Positions 1 to 11,240 of a stretch of 64,000 nucleotides of DNA are shown one piece after another. Origin of the DNA: Candidatus Bathyarchaeota archaeon (GTDB lineage Archaea > Thermoproteota > Bathyarchaeia > Bathyarchaeales > Bathycorpusculaceae); assembly GCA_963715865.1 (NCBI GenBank), contig OY970280.1:1568001-1632000 (forward strand), written 5' to 3'. Numbering within the stretch: position 1 is the first letter of the stretch; every line of letters starts with the position of its first letter. The notes below the pieces were generated by a model. The model was not told where the DNA came from. It ran no database searches and saw only the letters and a list, made by a program, of their open reading frames with translations. The position numbers and the translations under genes were made by a program.

Positions 1-75
1 ATCGAAAAAACAATATACTTTTCATGTCAATATCAAAAATAAAATTACTAGATAAAAGAAGATTTGGGGTCAATT

Positions 76-140
76 ATGAATTTATTCCTTGAGACAAAAA
101 TTGCTGATAAATACACAAGCCCTTCTCAAAAAAATTAGAT
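76..140 (+). pseudogene. Possible N-terminal fragment of a DpnI-like restriction endonuclease
   Basis: ATG at 76 reads MNLFLETKIADKYTSPSQK, then stops or shifts into KIR. This resembles the DpnI-family N-terminus as I recall it. Only ~20 codons, ending at the convergent rSAM stop. Confidence 0.3.
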
Positions 141-1091
141 GCTAACTCGAAATGCCCAATGCATGTACGCTCTAAAATCCCCTGAAAGCACCAAAGAAGG
201 CTCAACATAACAATGAAGGCTACATTTCCTGCAATTTTTTATCTTTTCCCAGTCAAATTCAGAAACAGCATTTTTAATACTAGTTTCAAAAATAGAAACG
301 CTGCTCGCATAATCATTGTGAACATAGCAAGGCAAAACTACATTCCCATTAGGATCAATGTTAACCATCGCCCACGGTTTGCACCGCCAGTTTTTCTCTT
401 TAGCCATCACTTTCAAGTAACCGATTGAATTGACAATGGGGTAACCTTCTCGTTTCATTTCAATAAGTGTGTGGGCTATTTTCGATATTTTATCAGTAGC
501 AGGTGAAGATGCATTGATATTACAATACTCGTGAGCTACGGCTATGGATATTCTTGTACCTAATTCTTTTGCTAGCTTTACCATGCTTTCTATCTCATCA
601 ATATTCTCAGCCATTATTGTCGTGTTGATCGTTACAGCAACTTTTTCTTCAGCCGCACTTATGCCGCGTACCGCTTTTCTAAAGCATCCGCCAACTCCTC
701 TAATAGCATCATGAGTTTTCTCTAGGCCATCTAACGAAACATAAACAACACCGTTAATGTATGGCGATATCTCATCTATCTTGGATTCAAGAAGCGTTCC
801 ATTAGTGATAAGACTTGTATGCAAGGGCAAAGACCTAGAAAAAGCGAGAATCTTAGCCAAATCCTTTCTTAGCAAAGGTTCCCCGCCTTCAAACGCGATT
901 CCGCAGGCTCCCGAATTATAAACCTGTTTCAGAATTGCTTTTTCCTGTTCAAGGCTTGAATCCTGGCTGGGTCTTTTCCAGAATGGGCACATTTTGCATC
1001 GGAGATTGCAGTTGTAGGTCAATTTATGTCCGCAAAACAGAGGAGCCTTAACGTCGAATAAGTTTGAGATAAAGCCACGATAGATTCTCAT
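135..1091 (-). CDS. Radical SAM protein with C-terminal SPASM/twitch-type Cys cluster (PTO1314-like archaeal family)
   Basis: CNLRCKMC (CX3CX2C), GGEPLL, ITNG, VSLDG; C-terminal CKPW...CYV...CRKCSLHC. Confidence 0.85.
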   Translation of the reverse strand: MRIYRGFISNLFDVKAPLFCGHKLTYNCNLRCKMCPFWKRPSQDSSLEQEKAILKQVYNSGACGIAFEGGEPLLRKDLAKILAFSRSLPLHTSLITNGTLLESKIDEISPYINGVVYVSLDGLEKTHDAIRGVGGCFRKAVRGISAAEEKVAVTINTTIMAENIDEIESMVKLAKELGTRISIAVAHEYCNINASSPATDKISKIAHTLIEMKREGYPIVNSIGYLKVMAKEKNWRCKPWAMVNIDPNGNVVLPCYVHNDYASSVSIFETSIKNAVSEFDWEKIKNCRKCSLHCYVEPSLVLSGDFRAYMHWAFRVSI

Positions 1092-1241
1092 CCCTAGCCA
1101 AAATGTCTCTATGTAATGGCGAATGTTTTTTTCTTCCCCATAATAGTTGGAAACCCGTCCCCATCCTCCAAGATCAATTCACATAGATAAAAACAAGTAC
1201 TTTTCTTTTTTGTTTCTTGAGAAGGGGGAATTTTGCTTTCT

Positions 1242-1394
1242 TTATTCTTCTTTCTTGAGTCCTTTCTTTATTCCCTTCCCAAGGTCATTTACGGCTTTAG
1301 CACCTTTCTTGATGCCTTTGCCGACTGCTTCTCCAGTTTTTTCAGCAGCATTTTCAACTTTTTTCTTCTCTTCAGGCACTCCATCACCTTTCAT
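1242..1394 (-). CDS. Small Lys/Gly-rich protein, 50 aa (not in ORF track)
   Basis: Manual translation MKGDGVPEEKKKVENAAEKTGEAVGKGIKKGAKAVNDLGKGIKKGLKKEE*; internal GKGIKKG repeat. Confidence 0.6.
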   Translation of the reverse strand: MKGDGVPEEKKKVENAAEKTGEAVGKGIKKGAKAVNDLGKGIKKGLKKEE

Positions 1395-1721
1395 CTAAAG
1401 GTCGTTTATTGCAGAATTAAGTGTGTGTGACTGTGAAGTCACAACAACATCTGAATATCAACCGAGGTTTTGCTTATATAATGGCTTATGCATAAGCGGA
1501 ATTGAACTTTCCATGACAATATAGTTCAAAAGTTCTAGTGCGATTAACGCTTTTGAACCCGCCACGTCGATTACGTAGAATTTGGGGTCAGGAGTTTCTA
1601 AGTTGTGTAGTCTTTTATTACTGCTTTGGCTGAATTTTCTTTAACTGATGCTATTCCTTTTGGCATCCCTCTTTTGATTCATAAGCTCCACTTTCCTTTA
1701 CTCTCGTAGTTTTGGGCGCTG

Positions 1722-1822
1722 AGTCAGAACCTGAATTTTCCACCAACATCTTTGAATATAGCAGCCGCTCTGTTGCTGTGGACCTACAGCTACACAAGTT
1801 TAATAGTCATTCGTACTCCTAT
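1722..1822 (+). repeat. Copy 1 of a ~100-bp duplicated upstream/promoter element
   Basis: About 85% identical to 2348-2449; contains TTTAATA at 1799-1805, ~30 nt before the GTG at 1835. Confidence 0.85.
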
Positions 1823-1834
1823 GTAACTTAACAG

Positions 1835-2266
1835 GTGCAGCTCTTGAGTAATCTGATTATTGGAAATATGACTTTGACGAGTCTGCTTGTAACCATAATT
1901 GGCTTGATTATTCTGTGGATAATAGTCTCAATACCCGTGTGGTTAGCTGGCAAAGCAGTAACAGGCGGAAAAGCCACTTTTGGCGACGCTATGATTGCTA
2001 CGCTGTTTGGCCCAATAGTTTACGCTATCACATTGATTATAGTGGATTACTTTCTGGGAGCGCTAATCGGCTCAACGGCATACATAATCGCACTAATTTT
2101 AGCCCTCATAGCCTGGATATGGGTCTACAAAGCAAGCTTCAAAACGGGCTGGCTGGCCGGCATCGGAATAGCCATACTGGCATGGATAATCTTCGTCGTA
2201 ATAAGCATAATATTTGGAGCCCTCTTTGGTATAGTAGTTCCAGGAACATTCTTCCCCCACATCTAA
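1835..2266 (+). CDS. Four-TM integral membrane protein of unknown function
   Basis: 143-aa ORF made almost entirely of hydrophobic segments; TATA-like box upstream. Confidence 0.75.
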   Translation: MQLLSNLIIGNMTLTSLLVTIIGLIILWIIVSIPVWLAGKAVTGGKATFGDAMIATLFGPIVYAITLIIVDYFLGALIGSTAYIIALILALIAWIWVYKASFKTGWLAGIGIAILAWIIFVVISIIFGALFGIVVPGTFFPHI

Positions 2267-2347
2267 AACCACAGCAAACACTAAACAGACTTCACATAGA
2301 TGTCATAAACGCCAAAACAAAAAACAAGAATCAGATAGCGGATGCTT

Positions 2348-2449
2348 AGTCAGAACCTGAATTTTCCAACCGCATCTTTGAGTGTAGCAACCGCTCTGTT
2401 ACTGTGGGGCTACAGCCACACAAGTTTAATAGCCCTTTTATACTCCTAT
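2348..2449 (+). repeat. Copy 2 of the ~100-bp duplicated upstream/promoter element
   Basis: Matches 1722-1822; TTTAATA at 2425-2431. Confidence 0.85.
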
Positions 2450-2464
2450 AGCTCGATTGAGGAG

Positions 2465-2800
2465 TTGCAGATTTTGGGCGCGATAGATCAAGTATTTCAT
2501 TTTATTACTTCTGGAAGCATAGGTGGTTTGCCACCAATTGTCTTAATGGTAATAATATTCGTCATCGGATTGATCGTGGGCTATCTAATCCATTTATTCC
2601 TAAAGATTGCCATTATAGCTGCAATTATACTCTTCGTGGTTGCCTACTTTGGCTTTTTCGGTTTGAGTCTTAGCGCGTTGAAAGATCTGGCAGCCCAATA
2701 CGGTTCCATTGTATATCAATACGGAGTACTCATCATAGGCATGCTACCGCTAGGCATCGGATTCATAGTAGGTCTAATCATCGGCTTCATATTCGCGTAA
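2465..2800 (+). CDS. FUN14-like membrane protein (start reassigned to TTG 2465)
   Basis: IGLIVGYLIHLFLKIA...LPLGIGFIVGLIIGF fits the FUN14 pattern; the longer ORF from 2342 runs through the duplicated promoter. Confidence 0.6.
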   Translation: MQILGAIDQVFHFITSGSIGGLPPIVLMVIIFVIGLIVGYLIHLFLKIAIIAAIILFVVAYFGFFGLSLSALKDLAAQYGSIVYQYGVLIIGMLPLGIGFIVGLIIGFIFA

Positions 2801-3070
2801 ACTGAACATCCCTCGGGGTCAAAGCGTAGAGAACAATCGATGACTAATGGTGAAATTACTACTTTAACACACGCCTCAAAATTTTTCCAGCCGTATTTCA
2901 AATAAGTCCTGCGCACGCTGCTTCAGCAGCAATTTTTATCCTTTTAGCACAAGTGGAAACCTTCAAACTCAGAACAACACAACCATTCGAAAAGCGAAGC
3001 TATTTGTATACTTTGCGAAAATGACCTAAAACTTAAATATAAATTGGTACAAGAAATACGGGAGTTGAAA

Positions 3071-3856
3071 ATGTCCAACGACGAAGACACGGTCCTCCTG
3101 CTTGGTTTGGGTTTAAGTCTTAATCAGGCAAGGGTTTACCTAGCAATACTTCAACTGCAAAAAACTACGGCGGGACAGATAGCGAAATTTTCAAAAGTGC
3201 GCAGGGAAGACGTCTATAGAATTCTGCCGACACTCGAAAAAATGGGCCTGATTGAAAAATTGCTGGGCAAACCATCTAAGATTCGGGCTACTCCTATTTC
3301 GGATGCCTTAAGCTTCCTGGTGTCGGAAGAAAAAAAGAGATTTGATGAACGGTTGTCGGGTATGAGGAGTACGGTCAAGAGGCTGTCCCTCAAAGATTGG
3401 AAGCAGCCGCTTCCTGAAGAAGAAAGCATCTACATACTGATAGCGGAAAAGAAAGCGATTTTGGCTAAGACTTCAGGACTGATTAGAAATTCGAGAAAAG
3501 AAGTCGCGTTAATTGCAAACAAGGAAAGAATCATACTGATTCTGTCTCAGTTATCAGATGAATACAAGCAGGCAATAAAGAACGGTGCTCAGATTCGACT
3601 GATCTTTGAAGGGGGCAGCACCGACATTTTGCTTAAAGAAAAAGTGCAAAAACTCATCGATGGCGCTTCGGTTCACGTCAAGTTTCATCGTAAACCTTTG
3701 AATCACTTCATAATGTCTGATGATACAGAAGCATTGATTACCGGCTCCAAAGAAACTGGATTAGGCGAAAGCCCTTCTCTTTGGACAAACAACAGCAACC
3801 TTATAGGCGTACTAAGAACAAGTTTTGAATCTGACTGGAAAAAAGCTGAAGACTAA
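3071..3856 (+). CDS. TrmB-family transcriptional regulator
   Basis: LGLSLNQARVYLAIL...VRREDVYRILPTLEKMGLIEK winged HTH; C-terminal TrmB/PLD-like effector domain. Confidence 0.88.
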   Translation: MSNDEDTVLLLGLGLSLNQARVYLAILQLQKTTAGQIAKFSKVRREDVYRILPTLEKMGLIEKLLGKPSKIRATPISDALSFLVSEEKKRFDERLSGMRSTVKRLSLKDWKQPLPEEESIYILIAEKKAILAKTSGLIRNSRKEVALIANKERIILILSQLSDEYKQAIKNGAQIRLIFEGGSTDILLKEKVQKLIDGASVHVKFHRKPLNHFIMSDDTEALITGSKETGLGESPSLWTNNSNLIGVLRTSFESDWKKAED

Positions 3857-4038
3857 CCTGAGAATCTCGTTTCTCTTGTGGTTTCAAGTTCCAAATTCTT
3901 TATAGCAGTTAGACTGATTAGCGCAGGCATAACCGCCAGAATGTCGGTGTGGGCTCACATTCACATACGCTTAACTCAATTAATGACCATTAATAGGGTA
4001 GTCCAAATTATGAGCGTAGAAAGGAGGGATAGACAAGT

Positions 4039-4329
4039 ATGAGAACTAGAGAGTTTATAAATAGAAGTGTGTTTGCGTTAGACGAAAAAATCGGCACAGT
4101 CAAAAGTATAGAAGTAGATCCGGAAGAGTGGAAAATAACTCATCTTGAAATCGAATTGAAAAAGGAGATAGCTGAATCAGTGCTTGGCGTAAAGAAAGGT
4201 GGAGTACGAAACATGCTGGCCGTTTCATCCCTAGAGAAAGGGGTTGCCCGCTGGACAGACAATGGATTGCACTTAAAAGTTTCAAAAGATCAGCTTCACA
4301 TGTACCTAAGACCAGTAGTTAACACTTAG
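4039..4329 (+). CDS. PRC-barrel domain protein
   Basis: REFINRSVFALDEKIGTVKSIEVDPEEWKITHLEI is a PRC-barrel pattern. Confidence 0.7.
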   Translation: MRTREFINRSVFALDEKIGTVKSIEVDPEEWKITHLEIELKKEIAESVLGVKKGGVRNMLAVSSLEKGVARWTDNGLHLKVSKDQLHMYLRPVVNT

Positions 4330-4343
4330 TTGGAGAGTTTGCT

Positions 4344-4502
4344 ATGAATACGTTGTTGACGATTGCTATTATTATTGTGATACTTTGGTTAGTTGGCTTC
4401 TTTGCTTTGCCAGGCGTAGGCTCGCTGATACATATACTGCTTGTGATTGCCGTAATCTTAGTAGTCATTTGGCTGTTGACCGGCAAAAAGCTGTGGAAAT
4501 AA
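4344..4502 (+). CDS. Small two-TM protein, lmo0937/DUF5670-like, 52 aa (not in ORF track)
   Basis: MNTLLTIAIIIVILWLVGFFALPGVGSLIHILLVIAVILVVIWLLTGKKLWK*; LW..G...G..IHILLVIA signature; GGAGAG upstream. Confidence 0.75.
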   Translation: MNTLLTIAIIIVILWLVGFFALPGVGSLIHILLVIAVILVVIWLLTGKKLWK

Positions 4503-4912
4503 ACCACGCTCCATTCTTGGAAACAAAAGAAAAAGTTGAGAGTGTACCGATTATCCTTCTTTTTTCAAGTTATTTGCCCTTCTTTTTCTTTTCCAAAATT
4601 GTTTTTCTAACATGACCCTGATTTTAAGGACAAGTACATTCATGTTGTTAGCGCGCATGTTTTTTCTTCGCAAAGCGCGCGATCATGTTCATGATGCTGA
4701 GCCGGACTTTCTAGACTCTCTAATCAGCAATAGCGCATTCTCCATTCGATTAGAGTATGCTCTTGCAGTAAATAGGCGAAAAAATCCTTATTATGACGCT
4801 TTCCACGCAGCTCGGATTACACCATACCTAAAGTATGCGCAGCCGAAGAATTGTTATCATATATTTTGGACTATCCTCAGTTGAAGGTACTCTTGCTGAG
4901 TCATGGAAGCGA

Positions 4913-5320
4913 TCATTTAGGAGCATCAGACGCATTAGGAGCATTTGGGGCACTAGCATACCCGGTTGAAAACGGTGCTTGGAATTTGCCAATGTTCTCT
5001 CTGATGATTCCGTAGGCCTTTTCAGCTTCGGAGTTAGGCAAGTCGCCCAAGGCTAGCGGCTCTCCACCGAGCCTAAGAGTACATTTGATAGTTGACCGCA
5101 GTATCCCCTTATCCAACACCACGTTAGCTATGTCCCTGTAATTGTAATCAGTATAATCCTTCTTCAAACCAAGCGCGTGAGGATGCCGCAGAATCATACG
5201 TTCGTTCGTAAAGACTACAGAGTCAATATTAATCTGAGGATGGTAGATTTTCTGTTTAATATATAACTCAACTTTCTCGTTTGGACCAAGAATTTTCGCT
5301 ATATCATCAGGAGCATCCAT
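4913..5320 (-). CDS. Bacterial-type PH domain protein
   Basis: From MDAPDD: SVVFTNERMIL...DYTDYNYRDIANV..DKGILRS. Confidence 0.7.
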   Translation of the reverse strand: MDAPDDIAKILGPNEKVELYIKQKIYHPQINIDSVVFTNERMILRHPHALGLKKDYTDYNYRDIANVVLDKGILRSTIKCTLRLGGEPLALGDLPNSEAEKAYGIIRENIGKFQAPFSTGYASAPNAPNASDAPK

Positions 5321-5665
5321 AACTTTCAACCAACTTAGCATTCCTAAATATACAATTATGACCAGATGAGGGGATAAATAGCTATGTGACTGTGAGGCTA
5401 CATCGACAAGCGAACCATGAATCATTTCCTCACCGTTTCAACGTGTTCCGCATAGCCTGCAAGATTTCTTTGTATGCACAAGCCAGAATCAAAGAAAAAA
5501 AGGGCATGATAAAACCATTCCAATAAGCCGCAAAAAAAGTACATGCTCTCTCAACCTACCTCCTACCCTCTTTTTGCTGTCTGATTTTACGAACTAAAAG
5601 CCTGCCGGGTGTTTCTTATAGTAAATCCTGCGTCAACGCCAATGGATAAACTGAAAATTATTTCG

Positions 5666-6013
5666 TTAGATTGTGTAGTTGTCGCCTGTTTTGTTTTCTT
5701 CCGTCACATAAAAAGTGGAGCAAAGCTTGCAAAAATCAAGTGTTACCTCGTCCCAAGTTGTTTCTTGGTTTGCAAGTTGTTTAGCGGTTTTCTTGGCTTC
5801 TGCTTGGATTCTGGGTAGGATGTCGTTGAATTGTTCGGTGCCTTTGATTGCGCGTTTGGAGTTTATGTATTGGCTTACTGCAGCTTGGGTTGTTTTAAGT
5901 TTCTTCGCCACTTCAACCTGTGTTAAATGGTAAGTGTTAACGAGTTCTTTAGCGACAAGGGACCTGAAGACGGGAAGCACGAATTTTCCTATGGTTTCGC
6001 ATCGAGCACTCAT
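5666..6013 (-). CDS. Predicted HTH transcriptional regulator (COG2522-like)
   Basis: CETIGKFVLPVFRSLVAKEL...LTQVEVAKKLKTTQAAVSQY. Confidence 0.8.
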   Translation of the reverse strand: MSARCETIGKFVLPVFRSLVAKELVNTYHLTQVEVAKKLKTTQAAVSQYINSKRAIKGTEQFNDILPRIQAEAKKTAKQLANQETTWDEVTLDFCKLCSTFYVTEENKTGDNYTI

Positions 6014-6112
6014 TTTTGATTCTGAGGGTATAACAGCATTATACTTAATAAATTGAATGGCAATATTCAAAAGAAAGTCACTACAGTGCTTTTCCATTGG
6101 AGGAGCGGCTTA

Positions 6113-6286
6113 ATGATTTACTTAGGGTTTAAAGAAAACAAAAGACCCGAACTTATAGAATCCGATGTTATGCCCACAAAAGAAACCCATCCTCAATACG
6201 ATTTTATTTATGGCCCTTTTAAAACAAGAGAGGAAGCCTCAAGATACGTTAAAGCAATGACTGGGCTAGCTTGCGGCGAGGGCTAA
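6113..6286 (+). CDS. Small hypothetical protein
   Basis: 57 aa from MIYLGF; GGAGG upstream; GPFKTREEA motif. Confidence 0.55.
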   Translation: MIYLGFKENKRPELIESDVMPTKETHPQYDFIYGPFKTREEASRYVKAMTGLACGEG

Positions 6287-6578
6287 ACAGCCATTGAAGC
6301 AACTTCCAGGTGTTTTTGACTATAGTTGAGGTTTTTTAACCTAGATTTTAGTCACAACTATTGCTGCGTTCTTAGTTCAGCAGAGATGTTAAATGGCACC
6401 GAGACAACATTTAGTATTTGACTAACAGGTGCCGAAACAACATTCAGCTTTAGTCAAAAACGTTTGATCATTAAATTTTGGAGTTTCAGGTTTATTAATA
6501 AAAAATTTGCTTTTAATTTAGTAAGGGTAGTTCGGTATAGCCTTGCACGAGGGGTTTATATGATACGTTTGACATCTA

Positions 6579-6890
6579 TTGTATTACAGTGATTCCTTGT
6601 CCGAAACGATTAGCCTAAGGCTGCCCCGTGAAACAGCCAAGAAACTTCGTGAAATAGCCAACAAAGAAGGAAAAGACAGGTCAACTTTGATACGCGAATT
6701 GCTAGAACATGGAGTTAAAGAAAAGAGCTTAGAGCAGGCTGTTGAGCTCTATCGAGCAGGCCAAGTTACTGGTTGGAAGGCAGCTCAACTAGCTGGCGTT
6801 TCCCTATGGAATTTCTACAAGATACTAGCTGAGAAGGGAGTCCTCATCCAGTATTCCGAGCAGGATTTGGAAGAAGACCTCAAGTCTTAA
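6579..6890 (+). CDS. UPF0175-family antitoxin with N-terminal ribbon-helix-helix
   Basis: ISLRLPRETAKKL...RSTLIRELL RHH followed by AVELYRAGQVTGWKAAQLAGVS. Confidence 0.8.
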   Translation: MYYSDSLSETISLRLPRETAKKLREIANKEGKDRSTLIRELLEHGVKEKSLEQAVELYRAGQVTGWKAAQLAGVSLWNFYKILAEKGVLIQYSEQDLEEDLKS

Positions 6891-6893
6891 CGG

Positions 6894-7442
6894 ATGCTTA
6901 ATTACTTGCCTGTTGTCGTCTCTAATACTAGCCCTCTGATATGGCTCTCAAAAACTGGCAAACTTACCTTGCTTAGAGACCTTTTTAATGAGATTCTAAT
7001 TCCAGAAGAAGTTTACAACGAAGCGGTCGAAAGAGGCTTACAAGAAGGCTTCAGTGACGCTCTGGTAATCAAAGAAGGTGTTGATCAATGCTGGATAAAG
7101 ATTTCGCAGCTGAACAAAAACGAGAACGCGCTCTGCAACAAGATAATAAAACATGCTTTTGAACTTCACTTGGGTGAAGCCCAAGCCATAGTATTGGCTC
7201 ACAAAACGGGAACGGACACGCTACTATTAATAGATGAATCGAGTGGGCGAGCATTTGCTGAAGCATGGGGTCTAAAGGCTAAAGGAGTACTTTACGTGAT
7301 AATGACCGCTCTTCAATGCGATTTATTAGATAATGCAGAGGCAAAGGAAACAGTGCTAACTCTAGTGCGCAAAGGGTTCAGAATCGAACCCAAGCTGCTA
7401 GCACGAATAATAAGAGAAATAGATGCATACAAACCCAAATGA
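6894..7442 (+). CDS. PIN-domain (DUF3368/VapC-like) toxin
   Basis: VVSNTSPLI, IPEEVYNE, LHLGEAQAI, LLIDE; 3 nt after the antitoxin. Confidence 0.82.
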   Translation: MLNYLPVVVSNTSPLIWLSKTGKLTLLRDLFNEILIPEEVYNEAVERGLQEGFSDALVIKEGVDQCWIKISQLNKNENALCNKIIKHAFELHLGEAQAIVLAHKTGTDTLLLIDESSGRAFAEAWGLKAKGVLYVIMTALQCDLLDNAEAKETVLTLVRKGFRIEPKLLARIIREIDAYKPK

Positions 7443-7527
7443 AAGTAACCAAGTACCCGTATTTACTAGTAAATTAGAGAGCTCGCGAATAACTTCCCTG
7501 GCGCTATTTTACTATATGGCTTTTGTT

Positions 7528-8082
7528 TTAAATCATTCTTAACAAATCTGCCTTGGTAATTATGCCTATTATTTCGCCTTTTCGGGAAACTAAAACAGCC
7601 GAGTAAGTCTGCAAAAGGCTCGATATCAACGACAATGGGGCGTCTTCGTTTATTTGAGGGAAAGCTTCTTCCATTATTTCCTCAGTCGACAATTTAGATA
7701 TCTGCTCCAAATCCTTCCCTGCCAAAATTTGCCGCAGAATAGCTTTTTCTGATATGCTACCAACAGAGTGTTTGCCTTCGAAAACAGGTATCTGCGAATA
7801 ACCATGCTCCTTCATTAATTTCACCACTTTGGAAAGCGGCTCGTTTTTCTGGACAGTAACAACGTTTTTGTGGAGCACTTTGCCCGCTTGAACTTTCGTT
7901 TTAAATTCTAACCGCTCAAGCACGTCAAATATTGTTTTTACTTTAGTGTAGGAGGAGTCGATGGTTCCTGCTTCCAGCTTGGCGATTAGGGATTGGCTTA
8001 CGCCAGCCATTTTGGCTAGTTCTGACTGTTTTAGGCCTAGTTGGCGTCTGCGTTTTGCGATGTCGTCTAAGGTTGGGAACAT
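7528..8082 (-). CDS. XRE-HTH plus CBS-pair transcriptional regulator (COG3620-like)
   Basis: RRQLGLKQSELAKMAGVSQSLIAKLE HTH; YSQIPV and GIITKADLL CBS motifs. Confidence 0.88.
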   Translation of the reverse strand: MFPTLDDIAKRRRQLGLKQSELAKMAGVSQSLIAKLEAGTIDSSYTKVKTIFDVLERLEFKTKVQAGKVLHKNVVTVQKNEPLSKVVKLMKEHGYSQIPVFEGKHSVGSISEKAILRQILAGKDLEQISKLSTEEIMEEAFPQINEDAPLSLISSLLQTYSAVLVSRKGEIIGIITKADLLRMI

Positions 8083-8092
8083 GGTTTAGTAA

Positions 8093-9487
<1,395 letters not shown>

Positions 9488-9498
9488 GCAACGAATTT

Positions 9499-10641
9499 TT
9501 GGAGGCAACACATTTAGCAACAATTAACCAACCCCTTGAAAATTCTGAGCTAAAGTACTTTACATTCGCAAATCCACCAGACGAATTGGCTCTTGAATCA
9601 GGCGAAAAACTCGGTCCCATAACGCTTGCTTACGAAACATACGGTACATTAAACAAGCAAAAGCAAAACGCCATCCTTGTACTCCACGCGCTCTCAGGAG
9701 ACGGCCATGCCGCTGGAACCACTGGCTGGTTCGATAGTTTAATTGGTCCAGGCAAAGGCTTAGACACAAACAAGTACTTTGTAATCTGCTCCAACGTAAT
9801 TGGCGGTTGCAGAGGCTCAACAGGTCCATCTTCAACGAATCCGAAAACAGGCAAACCCTACGGCACCGACTTCCCCATAATAACTATTGGCGACATGGTG
9901 AACGCTCAAAAGCGCCTAATTGACCATTTAGGCATAGAGAAACTTCTCGCAGTCATCGGCGGTTCAATGGGTGGAATGCAAGTTCTCCAGTGGATGGTCT
10001 CCTGCCCAGAACGCATTCGGTCTGCGATACCAATTGCAACAACCATGAAGCATACGCCTCAGCAGATAGCCTTCAACGAAGTTGGCCGCCAAGCAATCAT
10101 GGCTGACTCCGACTGGAAGAAAGGGCATTATTATGGCTCGCAGGTTCCAGCGAAAGGCTTAGCCGTAGCACGAATGATTGGACACATAACCTACATGAGC
10201 GATGCTTCAATGGCTGAAAAGTTTGGAAGACGCGTCCGCCAAGATAAGGAGCCTTTCAAGTTTGGAGTAGAATTTGAGGTTGAAGGCTACTTGCGGTATC
10301 GCGGCGACAACTTTGTCAAACGATTCGACGCCAACTCGTATTTGTACATTACCAAAGCCATAGACTACTTCAACATTCTCAACGGAAAAAACCTCGCCAA
10401 CATCTTTGCAGGGTTAAAGGCAAAAGTGCTCGTAATAGCCTTCAAATCCGACTGGCTCTACCCAGCGTATCAGTCTCAAGAAATCGTTAAAGCCTGCAAA
10501 CTAGCAGGCGTGGATGCCACCTACTGTGAAATAAATTCCAATTATGGGCACGACGCGTTCCTTCTTGAAACAGAGCAAGAAACTCAGCTGATAAAGCATT
10601 TCCTAAACACAGTTTCGAATGGACATAACGGTGGTGTATAA
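9499..10641 (+). CDS. metX: Homoserine O-acyl(acetyl)transferase
   Basis: HALSGD, GGSMGG nucleophile elbow, FDANSY, GHDAFL. Confidence 0.95.
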   Translation: MEATHLATINQPLENSELKYFTFANPPDELALESGEKLGPITLAYETYGTLNKQKQNAILVLHALSGDGHAAGTTGWFDSLIGPGKGLDTNKYFVICSNVIGGCRGSTGPSSTNPKTGKPYGTDFPIITIGDMVNAQKRLIDHLGIEKLLAVIGGSMGGMQVLQWMVSCPERIRSAIPIATTMKHTPQQIAFNEVGRQAIMADSDWKKGHYYGSQVPAKGLAVARMIGHITYMSDASMAEKFGRRVRQDKEPFKFGVEFEVEGYLRYRGDNFVKRFDANSYLYITKAIDYFNILNGKNLANIFAGLKAKVLVIAFKSDWLYPAYQSQEIVKACKLAGVDATYCEINSNYGHDAFLLETEQETQLIKHFLNTVSNGHNGGV

Positions 10642-11240
10642 TGAAGCAGGCGCCAATAAAAACAGAGCACAAAATCATCCTAGACTGGATTAGCAAAGAA
10701 GCGTCAGTGCTAGACCTTGGATGCGGTGACGGAGAACTTTTAGCTCTCCTCGTAAGCGAGAAGCAGGTGCATGCTCAAGGAATAGAACTAAGCGAAACAG
10801 CCATTCATCGATGTGTCGCTTTGGGATTAAGCGTCTTTCAACAAGACATAGACACAGGCCTCTCTGAATATGCAGACAGCTCATTCGATTACGTTATACT
10901 AAACCAAACACTACAGCAAGTAAAAAAACCAGACTTTGTCCTGAAAGAGGCTTTGAGAGTAGGAAAAAAGGCTATTGTCGGCTTTCCAAATTTCGTGCAA
11001 GCCTCAGCCAGAACCCAAATATTCTTCAAAGGAAGAGTCCCAGTAACCAAAGCGCTACCTTACGAGTGGTATGATACCCCAAACCTTCATTTCCTAGGCA
11101 TTGCCGACTTCAAGGATTACTGCAAAAAAAGAAACATTCACATTGAAGATTCAGCTTTTATTAGAAAAAATAGCACAGTAAAGCTGTTTCCAAACTTGTT
11201 TGCGGAAGTAGGATTGTTTCTCTGCTCAAAGAATGCTTAA
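10641..11240 (+). CDS. metW: Methionine biosynthesis protein MetW
   Basis: VLDLGCGDGELL, FDYVILNQTLQ, WYDTPNLHF; coupled to metX. Confidence 0.93.
   Translation: MKQAPIKTEHKIILDWISKEASVLDLGCGDGELLALLVSEKQVHAQGIELSETAIHRCVALGLSVFQQDIDTGLSEYADSSFDYVILNQTLQQVKKPDFVLKEALRVGKKAIVGFPNFVQASARTQIFFKGRVPVTKALPYEWYDTPNLHFLGIADFKDYCKKRNIHIEDSAFIRKNSTVKLFPNLFAEVGLFLCSKNA

Noticed and set aside
1147-1430. Plus-strand ORFs 1147-1398 and 1233-1430
   Set aside because: Phe/Ser-rich shadows of the minus-strand 50-aa Lys-rich ORF
2342-2464. N-terminal extension of the FUN14-like ORF
   Set aside because: Runs through the duplicated promoter; the equivalent frame in copy 1 stops at 1823-1825
4319-4884. ORFs 4319-4507(-), 4385-4615(+) and 4612-4884(+)
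   Set aside because: The first two overlap the better-supported 4344-4502 gene; the third has no motif
6394-6460. Two short direct repeats CCGA(G/A)ACAACATT(T/C)AG
   Set aside because: Only two degenerate copies with no spacer array or cas genes; not a CRISPR
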